Of a stretch of 64,000 nt of DNA, positions 1 through 14,229 are shown piece after piece. The stretch lies in NCBI RefSeq assembly GCF_028641065.1, contig NC_073401.1, positions 24,304,001-24,368,000 of the forward strand. Reading direction: 5' to 3'. The position numbers and the translations under genes are program-made. Source of the stretch: Leucoraja erinacea. Its lineage: Eukaryota. Under the pieces are notes generated by a model that worked only from the letters and a program-made list of their open reading frames with translations, searched no databases and had not been told where the DNA came from. Position 1 is the first letter of the stretch; each line of letters begins with the position of its first letter.

Positions 1-249
1 CTAATTCTGCTCCTATTACTGATGAAAACCAACACGATCACAGGGAGAATGTATAAACTCTGTACAGACAGCCCCAGGTCTCTGACGTGGTAAGGTGGCA
101 GCTCTACTGCTGTGCCACTGTATCGCCCACTATTCTTTGTAATCTTTCTTGCTTCTATAACAGACATTTCCATGTGTTCTTCCCTCCCCCTGCTCTCTTT
201 CCTCAGCTCATCAACAAGGGTTACTCATCTGACCTTGTTCCTGATTCTC

Positions 250-1050
250 TTAGAGTCATAAAGCGTGGAAGCAGGCCCTTTGGCCTAACTTTCCCATGCT
301 GACCTACATGCCCCATCTATACTAGTCCCACCTGCCTGCATTTGGCCCATATCCCTCTAAACCTATCCCATCCATGTACCTGTCTAAATGTTTCCTAACT
401 GTTGTGATAGTACCTGCCTCCTCTGGTAGCTTGTGCCATACACCCACCACTCAATGTGTAAAAAAAGTTACCCTCAGGTTCCAATTAAATCTTTGCCCTG
501 TCACCTTAAACCTATATCCTCTGTTTTTTTTATTCTGCTACTCTGGGAAAGAGACTCTATGTGTCTACCCGATATTCCTCTCATGGACTTGCACACTTCT
601 ATAAAATCACCCCTCATCTTCCGGTGCTCCAAGCAATAAAGTCCTAGCCTGCTCAACATCTCCCTATAACTTAGACCTTCGAGTCCTGGCAACATCCTTG
701 GAAATCCTCTCTGCACCGTTTCCAACTTGAGAACATCTTTCCTATAACGTGGTGACTAAAACTGAACACCATACTCTAAACATGACCTCCCAACATCTAT
801 AATTAAAATTTTGACTGATGACGGTCAATGTTCCAAAGGTCTTTTTTGACCACCCTAACAACCTGTGGTGCCACTTTCACCGACCTATGTACCTGTGCTC
901 CTAGATCCCTCTGCTCTACAACACTCCCCCAGAGCCCTGCCATTCACTGTGTCGATCCTGCTTATGCTAGTCTTCGCAAAATGCATCACCTCACATGTCT
1001 CTGTATTCAATTCCATCAACCCTTCCTCTGCCCACGTGCCCAACCGATCA
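250..1050 (-). mobile_element. Degenerate CR1 LINE 3' fragment
   Basis: ORF 501-725 QRGFPRMLPGLEGLSYREMLSRLGLY..RGDFIEV is the CR1 ORF2 C-terminus; CR1 3' UTR near 250-370. Confidence 0.8.
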
Positions 1051-2020
1051 AGATCCTGCCTCCCAGCACCAGAGACCCGGGTTTGGTCCTGACCTCAGGA
1101 GTTTGCACGTTCTCCCTATGGCCGTGTGAGTTTCTTCCGGGTGCTCCGTATGCCTCCCACATCCCAAAGAAGTGCAGGGTTGTAGGTTAATTGGCCACTG
1201 TAAATTGCCCTTCCATGGCGTATCTTTAAACTTTAAACTACACAATAAACCACTATTTTTGGCATCATCCACAACCATACCAACCCAGCCGACTACATTT
1301 TCATTCAAATCATTATTGTAGGTGATGAAGAAAAGTGGGACCAGCATTAATGATTTGTTCCAAGACTAGGACACAACTCTACCCTCTATTGAAGAAAGAC
1401 ATATATAAAGCTGGAGCAACTCAGCGGGACAGGCAGCATCTCTGGATAAAAGGAATAGGTGACGTTCCGGGTCGAGACCCTTCTAAGAAGCTCTCTATTG
1501 ATTTTGTTTGATTTGGTCACAATGAAATGATGATGTTGTGAATCTTTGAGGTTCCAAGATGTGAGTGAACACAAATGTAATGTACAGATCTCAACTGAAC
1601 AAAAATCAATCTAGGAGACTTGGGAAATCATCAAAACATATAATTTCATTAACGTCTCTTAGAGCATGATTGAAGGAAGTGGCTTGTAGATGTGACCATT
1701 GATTAGTACGGGAATCAGGGGTTATGGGGAGAAGGCAGGAGATTGGGTTTGAGAGGGAAAGATAGATCAGCCATGACTGAATGGCGGAGTAGACTTGATG
1801 GACCGAATGGCCTAGTTCTGCTTCTAGAACGTATGAACATATGACCAAGAAGAGATGCAGACTATGGAGAAGGTGGGTGGGGGGGGAAGGAAAATACAGA
1901 CTAGTGAATAAATATTAAAGGCGTTTCAAAAAATGAATGCTACATCCCAGAATATCTTGCGACATATATAGTCTGTATCACAAAATTCAGTTAAATCTTG
2001 CTTGAATTTGGAACACTTAC

Positions 2021-2148
2021 AACAATGAATGGAAAAGTCATCCCTATCAAAATGAGGTTTATCCAGAACAGGGAGCCATTGATCATGTAGGCTGCAGGTC
2101 GAGCAGTCTGGTCAAAAATCTCACTCGGTATTACTGCAGTAACTCCGG
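2021..2148 (-). CDS. SLC2A11: SLC2A11 (GLUT11)-like hexose transporter, penultimate coding exon (128 bp)
   Basis: tttttag|..|gtaagt; encodes (A)GVTAVIPSEIFDQTARPAAYMINGSLFWINLILIGMTFPFIV, resembling GLUT11 AGVTGILATELFDQMARPAA...GFPFIM; phase fits the 76-bp exon upstream. The last exon is presumably left of the window. Confidence 0.88.
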
Positions 2149-4067
2149 CTAAAAACGTAGAAGAGAAAATGAGTTTACAAATTGAATTCAACTGGTATAC
2201 GTGATGTTGAGATATAATGGAACATTCTTCATGAACAGTCAGCTGGGAAGAATAATAGTGTTGCAAACTATGTTGATTGTAACTGCTGGAGACTTGCTCG
2301 CCCGCGGATCGAGGATCGCCCACCCCTGTCACCGAACTCAGCCGCGAGCCACCGGTGTCGGCCGGAACGGTACCACCGAGAGCACGAAGGGTCCCGAGAG
2401 CTAAGTGAACCATCAAGAATAATAGAGGGACCTGGCATGGGATGCCAAGAATGAAGATGGGGAGGGGGGCCACCGAAAACAAGGGGGGACCCGGCGTGCC
2501 TGCTGTTATGTGCGGCAGCAGGCAGAAGAATTGGAATGTCCGGTGAACTTTTTTTAACTTTGTCAGCGCCAGAAACGCAGTGACTCTTGTGTACTGCCTA
2601 GGTGAGGCCTGCTGTATGATCCTACTGGGTTGTATGCAAAACAAAGCATTTCACCGTACCTAGATACATGTGACAATGAAGTATCTTTTAGAAAGGAGAT
2701 GAGGTACCATTTCTTTAGCCAGAGGGTAGTGAATCTATGAAATTCTTTGTCACAGAAGGGCAAGTCAGTGGATATTTTTAAGACAGAGATTGATAGATTC
2801 TTGATTAGTACTGGTGTCAGAGGTTATGGGGAGAAGGCAGGAAATGGGGTTAGAAGGGAGCGATAGATCAGTCATGATTAAATGGCGGAGCAGACTTGAT
2901 GGGCCGAATGGCCTAATTCTACTCCTGAACCGTATGTATCATTGGATACACATTCCTAGCGAGCTGCATGCGGCAAGGACCCCCAGCGAGCCGTGGCCAT
3001 ATCCCAACGGCAGGCCTGGCCCGCCCGCCACAGAACCGGGAACCCTCCCGGAGAGGGAAGCTGCGGAGAGGAGGGTGGAGGAAGACTGCAGTGGACGCTG
3101 GACAAAAGGCCTAGTAAGAAGAACCAGGGGAGCTGCATGCCAAAAGAAGCATTTCACTGTACCTTGGTACACGTGATAATAAAGGAACCATTGAACCATT
3201 GTGTGTATGACTATCAAATGGGGCATTATAGTTCAGAAGTTACATTGGCTGGATTCTTGGTAGATGAAGGATGACCCTCGGCCCTGTTGGAACTTGGGAA
3301 ACATTAGGAGGTACGCAAAACACAAATGGCAATCTATGTATGTGATTAACTTCTATTTGCTTTGTCCCCCTACATTGTTTTAATAAAGCTCATCCTCAGC
3401 CCAACGGACCATATATTTTCTCTCAACTGTGCAGCAAACTGAATTCTAGGTTTAGTTTGTGATTTGGCTATTCCCATTTACAAACGTCATGCACCATTTT
3501 TCATTCTTGTCCCATTTTAGACATTTAAATCTTCTCGCCTCCCTCACTATCATAGACTTTTTTTAAATTATTTCATTCCTTTCTTTCCCCTTTGTATACA
3601 CATGTTTAAAACTTTTAATATCTCTCAACGTTTCCTGTTATATTCAAAGTCATCAACGTGAAACATTAATTCTTTTCATTTGTCTCTTTCTATCCACAGA
3701 TGCTGCCTGACCCATTTGAGCTGAGTTTATTATCATGTGTACCGAGGTGCAGTGAACAGCTTTTGTTGCGTGCTAACCGGTCAGCGAAAAGACAATACAT
3801 GATTGCAATCGAACCGTCCACAGAGTCGCTGTTGGAAACGAGATTTAAGAGAGCGGAGCGATTGTAACACGTGATTGCAGATCCACTTATGTGGCGAGCA
3901 CACAAAGAGCCGCCTGTGGTTGGGCGCCATCTTGGAGATCCAGTGAGTGCTTGCAGCATTTATTATTTTTTATTTCTGATTTATTGTAATTGCCATCTTC
4001 CCTTTGCTTCAATGATGAACTGTCTCTTTTCATGCAATGAAAATATATTTATTGACAGACAGCTCAC

Positions 4068-4143
4068 CTGGGCCAATTCCAAAGCTTAAGATGGATGCAA
4101 AGACACAAGCCATACTGAGGAATGGCATCCAGCTGATCTTGTC
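4068..4143 (-). CDS. SLC2A11: SLC2A11-like exon (76 bp)
   Basis: ccctag|..|gtgagc; DKISWMPFLSMACVFASILSFGIGP plus 1 nt; class II GLUT FGIGP motif. Confidence 0.88.
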
Positions 4144-4203
4144 CTAGGGCAGTAGAAACAGGAGAACCAATTATACATGCATGGCACTAATGTTTTTCTT
4201 ACC

Positions 4204-6908
4204 TTTTCCGGATTACAACATATTTGGTTTAAGTAAAGCCAAATGGGTACCATCTCCAATTTGGAAAGTTGTGCTTCAGCCACCATTTCATGTCAGGGAA
4301 GCAAACCAGACCATCACCTGGCAACACAGCCATGGAGACATACAGCATGGAAACAGACCCTTTGGCCCAATTCCTCCATGCCGACCAAGATTCCCCAACT
4401 AAACTAGTTCCATTTGCCCACATTTGACCCGTATGACTTTCCTATCCATGTACCTGTCCAAATATCTGTTAAATACTGATCTTGTATCTATCTCAACTTC
4501 CTCTGGCAAATTAACTCCTGATAATGCCCGATTCCCTAAACCCGCAGTGTTAAGAAAATGTGCAGGGAGGAGCTGCAGGTGCTGGTTTACACGGAAGATA
4601 GACACAAAATGCTGGAGTAACTCAGCAGGTCAGACAACATTTCTGGAGAAAAGGATTAGGTGACGTTTCGGGTCAAGACAGTCTTCAGTTGAAGGCTAAA
4701 AGCTGGAATAACTCAGCAGGACAGGCAGCATCTCTGGAGAGAAAGAATAGGTGATGTTTCGGGTCGAGACCTTCAGACTGAAGAGGTTGAAAACCAGCCA
4801 TAAAACACATTGTGACTAGAGATGTGTGTTATCCAACTAAGGGCAGAAATCAGAATAATGTGTTCATCGTTATTGACGTGACACCATAATAAATATATTA
4901 CAGAAAAAATAATTTAATGGGATGGCACGATGGCACAGCGGTAGAGTTGCTGCCTTGCAGCACCACAGAGACCCAGATTTGATCCTGACTACGGGTGCTG
5001 TATGTACAGTATTTGTACATTCTCCTTATGACCACATGGTTTTCTCTGGATATTCCGGTTTCTCCCACATCCAAAAGAAGTGCAGGTTTGTAGGTTAATT
5101 GGCTTCTGTAAATTGCCCCTGGCATGTAGGATACTGGTGTATGGTAGATTGCTGGTAGGTGTGGACTTGGTGGACTTATCTATGTTGTACATATACATCT
5201 TAATTTCATTGAACTACATACGGTTGAATATGTGGCATTATTTTCATCTTGTTTCTATAGTCAAAGGGAAAGGGAAAGGGAAAGGTTGATTGATTTATTT
5301 GTGCAGAACCATTTGTGATGGAAGTCTGACTCCTCCTGCCTTGTTTCTATGTTTTTGTTTCTCTATATATATGCATACGCATGAATTATGATCTGATATC
5401 CACACATGAATATATAAGGTCATTCAAGTTGATCAGTGCCTGGCTCGACCGTGGAATGTTATTAGGAATGTAAATTAGCCTAACCTTATTCATACAGTGC
5501 ATGTTAAAGGACTCGCTACAGTATGCAACAAATTGCACAATTTTCCGGATTACAACATATTTGGTTTAAGTAAAGCCAAATTGGTACCATCTCCAATTTG
5601 GAAAGTTGTGCTTCAGCCACCATTTCATGTCAGGGAAGCAAACCAGACCATCACCTGGCAACACAGCCATGGAGACATACAGCATGGAAACAGACCCTTT
5701 GGCCCAATTCCTCCATCCCGACCAAGATTCCCCAACTAAACTAGTTCCATTTGCCCACATTTGACCCGTATGACTTTCCTATCCATGTACCTGTCCAAAT
5801 ATCTGTTAAATACTGATCTTGTATCTATCTCAACTTCCTTGGGCAAATTAACTCCTGATAATGCCCGATTCCCTAAACCCGCAGTGTTAAGTAAATGTGC
5901 AGGGAGGAGCTGCAGGTGCTGGTTTACACGGAAGATAGACACAAAATGCTGGAGTAACTCAGCAGGTCAGCCAACATTTCTGGAGAAAAGGATTAGGTGA
6001 CGTTTCGGGTCAAGACAGTCTTCAGTTGAAGGCTAAAAGCTGGAATAACTCAGCAGGACAGGCAGCATCTCTGGAGAGAAAGAATAGGTGATGTTTCGGG
6101 TCGAGACCTTCAGACTGAAGAGGTTGAAAACCAGCCATAAAACACATTGTGACTAGAGATGTGTGTTATCCAACTAAGGGCAGAAATCAGAATAATGTGT
6201 TCATCGTTATTGACGTGACACCATAATAAATATATTACAGAAAAAATAATTTAATGGGATGGCACGATGGCGCAGCGGTAGAGTTGCTGCCTTGCAGCAC
6301 CACAGACCCAGATTTGATCCTGACTACGGGTGCTGTATGTACAGTATTTGTACATTCTCCTTATGACCACATGGTTTTCTCTGGATATTCTGGTTTCTCT
6401 CACATCCAAAAGAAGTGCAGGTTTGTAGGTTAATTGGCTTCTGTAAATTGCCCCTGGCATGTAGGATACAACTGGTGTATGGTAGATTGCTGGTAGGTGT
6501 GGACTTGGTGGACTTATCTATGTTGTACATATACATCTTAATTTCATTGAACTACATACGGTTGAATATGTGGCATTATTTTCATCTTGTTTCTATAGTC
6601 ACAGGGAATGGGAAAGGTTGATTGATTTATTTGTGCAGAACCATTTGTGATGGAAGTCTGACTCCTCCTGCCTTGTTTCTATGTTTTTGTTTCTCTATAT
6701 ATATGCATACCAGCATGAATTATGATCTGATATCCACACATGAATATATAAGGTCATTCAAGTTGATCAGGGCCTGGCTCTACTGTGGAACGTTATTAGG
6801 AATGTAAATAGTCTAACCTTATTCATACCTAATCCAATTTGAAGCAAAAATGTTGCATTCCAGTGTATGTTAAAGGACTCGCTACAGTATGCAACAGATT
6901 GCACAATT
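4204..6908. repeat. Direct tandem duplication, ~1.34 kb unit (4204-5540 / 5541-6908), in an SLC2A11 intron
   Basis: ttttccggattacaacatatttgg starts both units (offset 1337); paired near-identical ORFs in the track. Confidence 0.92.
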
Positions 6909-7312
6909 TCAAGCTGAAAAATGCAAAAGCTCCCTACCGTGGGAGGGGAGACACACCCTCCCCCCCTCGGTCGCTACGCTCTCTCGCAATTTCTCACTCT
7001 CAACTCTCACCCAATGTTGGCAGCCCTGTGGAGGGTGTATAGTGTTAAAAGGCCGAAACACCCAGTGATGCAAGGGTACACTACAGATGATGTGTCCTGT
7101 GCCCAACTGTCCCGAAGGTTACCCAGGCCAAGATATACGTATCCCACCGCCCCCCACCGATGTTGAGCGTCTACCGCTCTCAACAATCAACGAATGTCGT
7201 GAAATGCTCCCCACCTATTGGCACAAGGGACTTCTTACCATCTTGTCCTGTGTATTTGATTCCTTCGTGTCAGATACACACCAGATAAATGTGCTCTAGG
7301 AAGCGGAAGCTA

Positions 7313-9794
7313 CAGGGCTCGAAATTCACGGTTGCCCGGGTGCCAATGACCACTCAAACTGCCGCCGGGCAACCTAAACGGCGAGTCATTTTGCCCGGCT
7401 TGGCAACTTGGTTTATACCGAAGATAGACACAAAAAACTGGAGTAACTCCGCGGGTCCGGCAGCATCTCTGGAGGAAAGGAACGTGACGTTTTGTGTCGG
7501 CGACGGTTGTGGGAAAGATGGCGTGACGGAGGGTCGGAGCGAATGTCGGCGGTCGCGACGGATCCATCTCCTCCTCCCGCGCCCCGACCCGGCCCGCCCG
7601 GCCTGTTGGCGGCAGCTGCTGCCACTACGCCAACCAAAGATCCTCTAGGATTTTTGCCGCCAACTGCGCTTTCAAAACAGACCATTCGAGGAGGGAGGTG
7701 TCGGTCAGAGGCGGAAGTAGAGTAGGGAGGGAGGGGGGGACGGGGGTGATTGGAGGAGGGAGACGTGCCAAAACATTCTCGACCTGCACCGCAGCCAGGA
7801 TCGATCCCGGTCTCCGGCGCTGCAATCGCTGCCGAACCGCCACTGGACCATCCCCGTCCCCACCCGAGAGTTCCCTCACCCCCGGGGATGGCAGAGCGTC
7901 AGGAGTCAGATGGGCACGGTGCCCCCAGCCAGCTCACTCTGCCTGTCCCGCCAGGTTAACCAACAGCCCTTTGTGGATTGAGACGGGGCTGTAGGCGAGA
8001 CAGGCACAGTTGAGCTGAAATTACCGTTCACAGAAGCCTCCGAATCCTTGCGCGTGTGTGTAAGTGGCCGCCAAGATATTCTGTACGCGGTCCCCTCCAT
8101 ATTTTGGTTGCGATTTCTGTGCCTGACAGGTGTTGTCCGAGGAGTGCTGGCCTTCCTTCCCAGCTCCTCTGCCCCTTCCTCTCTCTCTCTCTCTCTCTCT
8201 CTCATACGCCCCCTCCACTCCCCTTATCCTGAGACCCCTCCTCTCCATCCCACACTGATCCCCATTCCTGTCTCTATTCAGTCCTCACTGACATCCCCTG
8301 TGCTCCCCCACTCTCCCCCCCCCCATCTATTCATCCTGCACTGATCTCCCTAGCCACCTCGCATTGATTCTTCTGCCACTCCCCATCAATCCTACACTGA
8401 TCCCCCAATTCATTCTGTACTGTCACCCCTTCATCCTGCACTGCTCACCCATTCATCCTGCACTTCTCCTCCCATCCATCCTGCACAGATCCCCCACCAT
8501 TCAACCCCACTGACATCCCCCGTGCTCTCCCCTCACAATTTTACCTACTCCAACCAACACTCACTAATTCCCCTGCCTCAATCCATCCAATCCACACCGA
8601 TTGCCTTCTCAAGCCCCTCACCGCCATCTATCCATCCTGCACTGATTCTTACACCCCTCCCGCCCCGACCCTATTGTGCTGTAAATGTCTTCAGAGCTAA
8701 CATTGACTATGTTTGATAACAGAATGCAATCAAATGTGTTTTAATTCCCAATGTTATTATTTTTTTTAATCCATAAAGATAGATTAATTAAATTTTGAAC
8801 ACGTGAAACATTAAAACCGCAGTGTTCGATTGTTACTGACATGTTATTACAGAATTAATTTTAATGGCAAATCAATTATGTTAATATGGAGTATCAGTAC
8901 TGTAGTTATTTAATGAGCACCATTCACAACTATACGTTGGATTTATCCCAGTTTTACTTCTACAGTCAGTCATATACATCACAAATTTGGTCAGGAGATA
9001 TTCCAATTGAAATTTTAACGTTAATTCTGAAATGGGAATGATGGAAAAAGCATTTATCAACAATCTTTTTTTAAATGGTGCTTACAAACTGGGTATCTTC
9101 ATTGCCACATACATCTAATCCGAATATCTGGTAATGTGGCATCTTGACACCTTTAAATATATTACCAAACATTTGCTGCATTTATGTCCTCTTGTTAGTT
9201 AGTGTAATGTTTAACCTGTCAGATGGGTATAGTCAGTTTTGTCAGCTATTATTATAAAATGCATCTAGAAAATTTCTTGCAACCTGTATATTTTGTGGTG
9301 GATAAATTAAGTGGGAAGCGAGAGTGTTTCTGTACCAATAGCAATAACGACCCATGCTATGGCCATGTCATGATCATTTTCAGTCCTTCACAGAAAATAT
9401 GCATCAATCTGTAGTGTGCATGGTTAAGCATATATGTTATCAAGATCCAGGATTTATTGACACAGGTTGATCATACGCTGAATAATCCAACCACATTTTT
9501 GTTTGGAAGTGGAAAGAAATAATAAAAATTGCATTAATTGCAATGTGTAAAAAGAGTTGAGATAACGTATTATAATTTTGCTGCATGTCATTGTGGTATA
9601 TATCATGTCTTGATTGGCGAATATGTTAGTTTGTGACTTTATATGAAGCAGAAATAATATGTGAATGCTTCATTGAGCATAATTCCGACTGGTAACTACG
9701 CACTACGTCCGAGCATGCGTCATGCAAGCCATCTTAAATGACTACTTAAAACCTAAAAAGCTGCCAAGGTTGCCCGGCTGGCAACAGGGAAAAA
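7313..9794. mobile_element. Possible non-autonomous DNA transposon (hAT-like ends)
   Basis: Left end cagggctcgaaattcacggttgcccgg; right end ggttgcccggctggcaac..gtgaagtgagagcaactg is an imperfect inverted counterpart; no clear TSD or transposase ORF. Confidence 0.35.
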
Positions 9795-9825
9795 AAGTGA
9801 AGTGAGAGCAACTGCAGCATTAGGG

Positions 9826-10125
9826 TGGGATGGTGCCGCAGCGGTAGAGTTGCTGCCTTACAGCGCCAGAGACCCGGGTTTGATCCTGACAATGGGTGCT
9901 GTCTGTACGAAGTTTGTATGTTCTCCCCGTGACCGCGTGGGGTTTCTCTGGGTGCTCCGGCTTCCTCCCACATTCCAAAGACGTGCGGGTTTGTAGGCTA
10001 ATTGGGTTGGTATAGATGTAAATGTTTCCTAGTGTGCAGGATAGTGCTAGTGCGCGGGGATCGTTGGTCGGAGCGGACTCGGTGGTCCGAAGGACCCGTT
10101 TCCATGCTGTACCTCTAAACCAAAT
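9826..10125 (+). mobile_element. HE1-like V-SINE (representative; others near 4923, 6260, 12923, 13982, 17990, 22880, 24550, 33450, 35117 on plus; 22395, 32943, 43168, 46703 on minus)
   Basis: tRNA-like head ggtggcgcagcggtagagttgctgcc..cccgggtttgatcc, V-domain gttctccccgtgaccgcgtggg..gtgctccgg..ctcccaca, CR1-type tail ending ctctaaac. Confidence 0.8.
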
Positions 10126-10199
10126 AAAATAACCTCAAAGTAGATTTGGTCCAATCTGGCTTGTCCCTTTTTGCAGGAGAGGAGGAGGCTGTGACTCAC

Positions 10200-10301
10200 C
10201 TGGAGACTCAAGGAGATGGTGAACACTATTGCAAAGACAGCCATCATACCATAACCTCCCATAAGCAGAAGTCTGCGCCCAACCCGGTCTATAATCAGGT
10301 T
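10200..10301 (-). CDS. SLC2A11: SLC2A11-like exon (102 bp)
   Basis: ctttag|..|gtgagt; NLIIDRVGRRLLLMGGYGMMAVFAIVFTISLSLQ with the MFS sugar-porter DRxGRR motif. Confidence 0.9.
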
Positions 10302-11206
10302 CTAAAGGAGAAAAATCAATGTTAGAACAGCCCACTGATGCTCCTCCCATTATACAATATTGTCCTGGAAGCAAAAAACATACCTGCATGGCCTACTGCA
10401 AATCTAGTGGGAAACCACTTGGCAGGAGAAACAGAAAGAAGCAATATAAACTGAACCGCACTGTTCTGACTTGGGCATTCATGTGTGCAGATCTTTGAAA
10501 ATGTAAGGACATATTGGGAGTGTAGGTAGCAAAGCGTATGAGATTTTGGGCTTTATTAACCAGAGCTATTTTGTGCAAGAATGGAGAAGTTCTTCTGAAA
10601 TTAATAGGTATGCCGATGCGCAAAAACCTGAAATAAAAGTAGAAAATGCTGGAAATAATCAGCAAGTCTGTGGGGAGAGAGGTAATGTTTCAGATTGAAC
10701 CAAGGGAAGATAAGAAATCAAACATTTTGTTGCAAAGAGGTTCATAAGTCATAGGACCAGAAAAAGGCCATTTGGCCCCTCAATTGTGCGCCACCATTCA
10801 ATCACAGCTGAATTATTTTCCCAGCTCAATCCTGTCCTACTGCCTTCTCCCCATAATCCCCGACACCCGTACTAATCACGAATCTGTCACTCTCCGCTTA
10901 AAAAATACCCAATGACTTGGCCTCCACAGCCTTCTGTGGCATTGAATTCTACACATTCACCACCCTTAGGGCTATGGACGTCGGGCTTTGTTTTGTTTTG
11001 TACTATATCGGGTTCTTTATTTATTGAATGTTTTAATGTTTCTTTATCATGTTTTCTATCGAGTACTGTGTTTACAGACCTGTTGTGCTGGTGCAAGTAA
11101 GAATTTCATTGTTCTGTTTCTGTGCATATGACATTAAAATACGCTTGACTAACTTGAAAAAACATAGATTTACAGTGAAACAAGTGATAATCAAAACAGT
11201 ACGTAC

Positions 11207-11317
11207 ACTTAGCAGTGATGTGGTAAACTCACAGCAGCCAGTTCCGATAGTGACATACTGGATCTTATCGCTGGGAATTCCTGCTGCACGAAACACATAT
11301 ACAGCATAGTAATATAT
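11207..11317 (-). CDS. SLC2A11: SLC2A11-like exon (111 bp)
   Basis: ccgacag|..|gtacgt; IYYYAVYVFRAAGIPSDKIQYVTIGTGCCEFTTSLLS, resembling GLUT11 VYAYASSVFRKAGVPEAKIQYAIIGTGSCE. Confidence 0.88.
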
Positions 11318-11540
11318 CTGTCGGGGAGAGAGGATTTAAAGCCTGACTCCAGCAATGTACACACTGAACAATACACACTGGACACGCAATGTATACTTGT
11401 AACTATACACATATATAACTGAAGATAGGCACAAAAATCTGGAGTAACTCAGTGGATCAGGCAGCATCTCTAGAGAGAAGGAATTCGGGTCGAGATTCTT
11501 CTTCAGATCTCTATTCAGATCTCTATTCAGTTCCTTCCTC

Positions 11541-11576
<36 letters not shown>

Positions 11577-11602
11577 CATATACATATACATATATATATA
11601 TA
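11541..11602. repeat. (CA)n/(TA)n compound microsatellite
   Basis: Directly visible. Confidence 0.95.
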
Positions 11603-14229
11603 AAACAGCATAAATGTTTTTCACACAAAGGGTGGCGGGTGTATGGAATGAGCTGCCTGAGGGGGTAGTTGAGGCAGGGACTATTGCAACGTTTAAGAAT
11701 AGAACAGGTTTGGAGGGATATGGGCCAAACACAGGCAGGTGGGACAAGTGTAGATGGGACATGTTGGTCGGTGTGGGCAAGTTGGGCCGAAGGGCCTGCT
11801 TCCACGCTGTGTGACTGTGACACTACAATACATACACAATGCAGAGTTCAACTGGAGTCAGTAATTCCATTATTTGATATCAAGAATTTACAGAACATGC
11901 TAACTTCTGCAAAGTACTGGTTATTGATATAAACGAGTGGGATGCTCTATGGTGCCGCTAACAGTGAGATACGGTGAGCGCTGAGGCAATGCTAAGGTAT
12001 GCATGCAGCCGTGCTTTATTTTGGGTGGCTTCAGCAATGGTGTAAAGGGTTTAGTGAGAGCAACATGAAGTGGCAGAATAAATACAATCAGCAGCAGCCC
12101 ATTCAGTCCCCTGTGTCTGCTCAACATGCCAGATGAGTATGGCTGATCTCTGGATTTACTCAGGGCCCACCTCAGATAGGCACGGACACAATATAAAACA
12201 TCTCGTAGATCTGTGATAAGTCTCTTGAACAAGTCGGTTTATTGAAGGCCTTAACAATGCACACTGGAAGAACACTCTGAGAGAACCCAAAGTGTTTCAA
12301 AGATTCACAGTACCTACAATATTGTTATATTGTCACAACACAATGGTTACTTGTGAATTCTACATTTTTGAAATGTCATCGTTGATCAATGAGAGAAATT
12401 GTAACCTTTCATCTTTATCTTCCTCCAGAGTTATCGTCAACCTTATCTATCCTATTATTTTGAAAATCTCTCTCGCATATATCCCTTATCATGTATCTGT
12501 ATACTGTAAATGGCGTGATTGTAATCACTGGATAGCATGCAACAAAAGCTTTTCATTTACACACGTGACAATAAAATAAACTGATCTTACGAATGGACGA
12601 AGGACCCATTTCCTGAGCAGTTTTATTATCCTTTAGCTGTTTACATCCCCCAAAGTTTATTTTAACCAAACTATACTGTAGAACCTAAACGTCATGGGAT
12701 GTCTACTTATTGCCTCGCTAACATCCTTAGGTTCCCTCTGTTGACCATTTTTCCCCTCAAGCTTCCCCAGTCTATAAGCTCCAGGGATAAACGCATTGCA
12801 AATCATCTTCCTTCATATTTTCAGAATTCCCGACAACAACACCTGAACTCGTTTTCCCAGATTATGTTCCCTCTGCCCCCTTTTCTGCCCGCTCACTGGC
12901 TCTGTCTTTGCAGAATTTGGTCAGCACGGTGATGCAGAGGTAGAGTTGCAGGCCTACAGTGCCAGAGGCCCAGGTTCGATCTTGACTGTACAGAGTTTGT
13001 ATGTTCTCCACATGACGTGTGGGATTTCTCTGGGGTCTCCGTTTTCGTCCCACACTCCAAAGACATGTTGGTTAATTGACTTGGTAAATTGTCCCTAGTG
13101 TGTGTAGGATAGTGTTAGTGTGTGGGGATCGCTGGTCGGTCCAGACTCGATGGGCCAAAGGGCCTGTTTCCGCGCTATATCTGTAAACTAAACTAAGCCA
13201 AACTAAGAATGACCACGCTTGCTCACAGATTAACATCCTACCCATCTAATTGTCTTCAGCAAATACATTGCACTTGGTCACAAAGCTATCTAGACAATCT
13301 GTAATTTAAAACGAGAAACATCAGAAACAGGTAAGAAAATCAACAAAAAAAATCAAAAAATCTAAAAGTTCATTGAATTGCCACACATTCGTGGATGACT
13401 AAAATCCCAAACTTCATCAAGCTGTGATCAGTGGCTGAGTCAGGCTGGGAATGCATTGTGTCCATATCCAGCAGGGATTTTGCATATTCAATTAAACATT
13501 TGATGTGATATTAAGTGAAGGAAGAGGCATTTCAGATCTTACCAATTTGCTCGGCATTTCTGGTCTCCAAGTCTCCAGCCTGCAAGTTACCTCAGCAGCC
13601 GGTGGTATCTCTGTCTTATCTCCAAATGCTGCCTGCACAACAGAAATCCCACAAGTGAATGATGACTTAACTATCAAACATTTCTCAGACAATTGAAATT
13701 TGCATTTTGTTTCCAACTGATTCAATGAAGTACAACTGAAAGTTACCTATTTACAACCAACTATTAGAGTCAATACTGGAAGGTTATTTTGGAATCACTG
13801 ATTCTTGGAAATGTGCAGTCCAACATAATTCCTGTCATTTTTGTGGTAAATTTATACATGAGAGATGTCTACTCATTGACGGAGTATATTATCAATCTGA
13901 AACTTTAAGGTGTTAGAAAACCAACATCATCCATCATTGATAGACAATGATGAGGTGAATCTGAGGCAGTACCTGAATCTGGGGGCGACACGGTGGTGCA
14001 GCGGTAGAGACCTGGGTTCGATCTCCCTGTGACCGCGTGACTTTCTCCGGGTGCTCCGGTTACCTCCCACAGTGCAAAGACGTGTAGGTTTGTAGATTAA
14101 TTGACTTCTGTGAATTGCCCCTAGTGTGTAGGATATAGCGCTAGTGTATGGGAGATCGATGGTCGGAGTGCACTCGTTAGGCCGAAAGGCCTGTTTCCAT
14201 GCTGTATCTATAACCAAAACTAAACCTGA

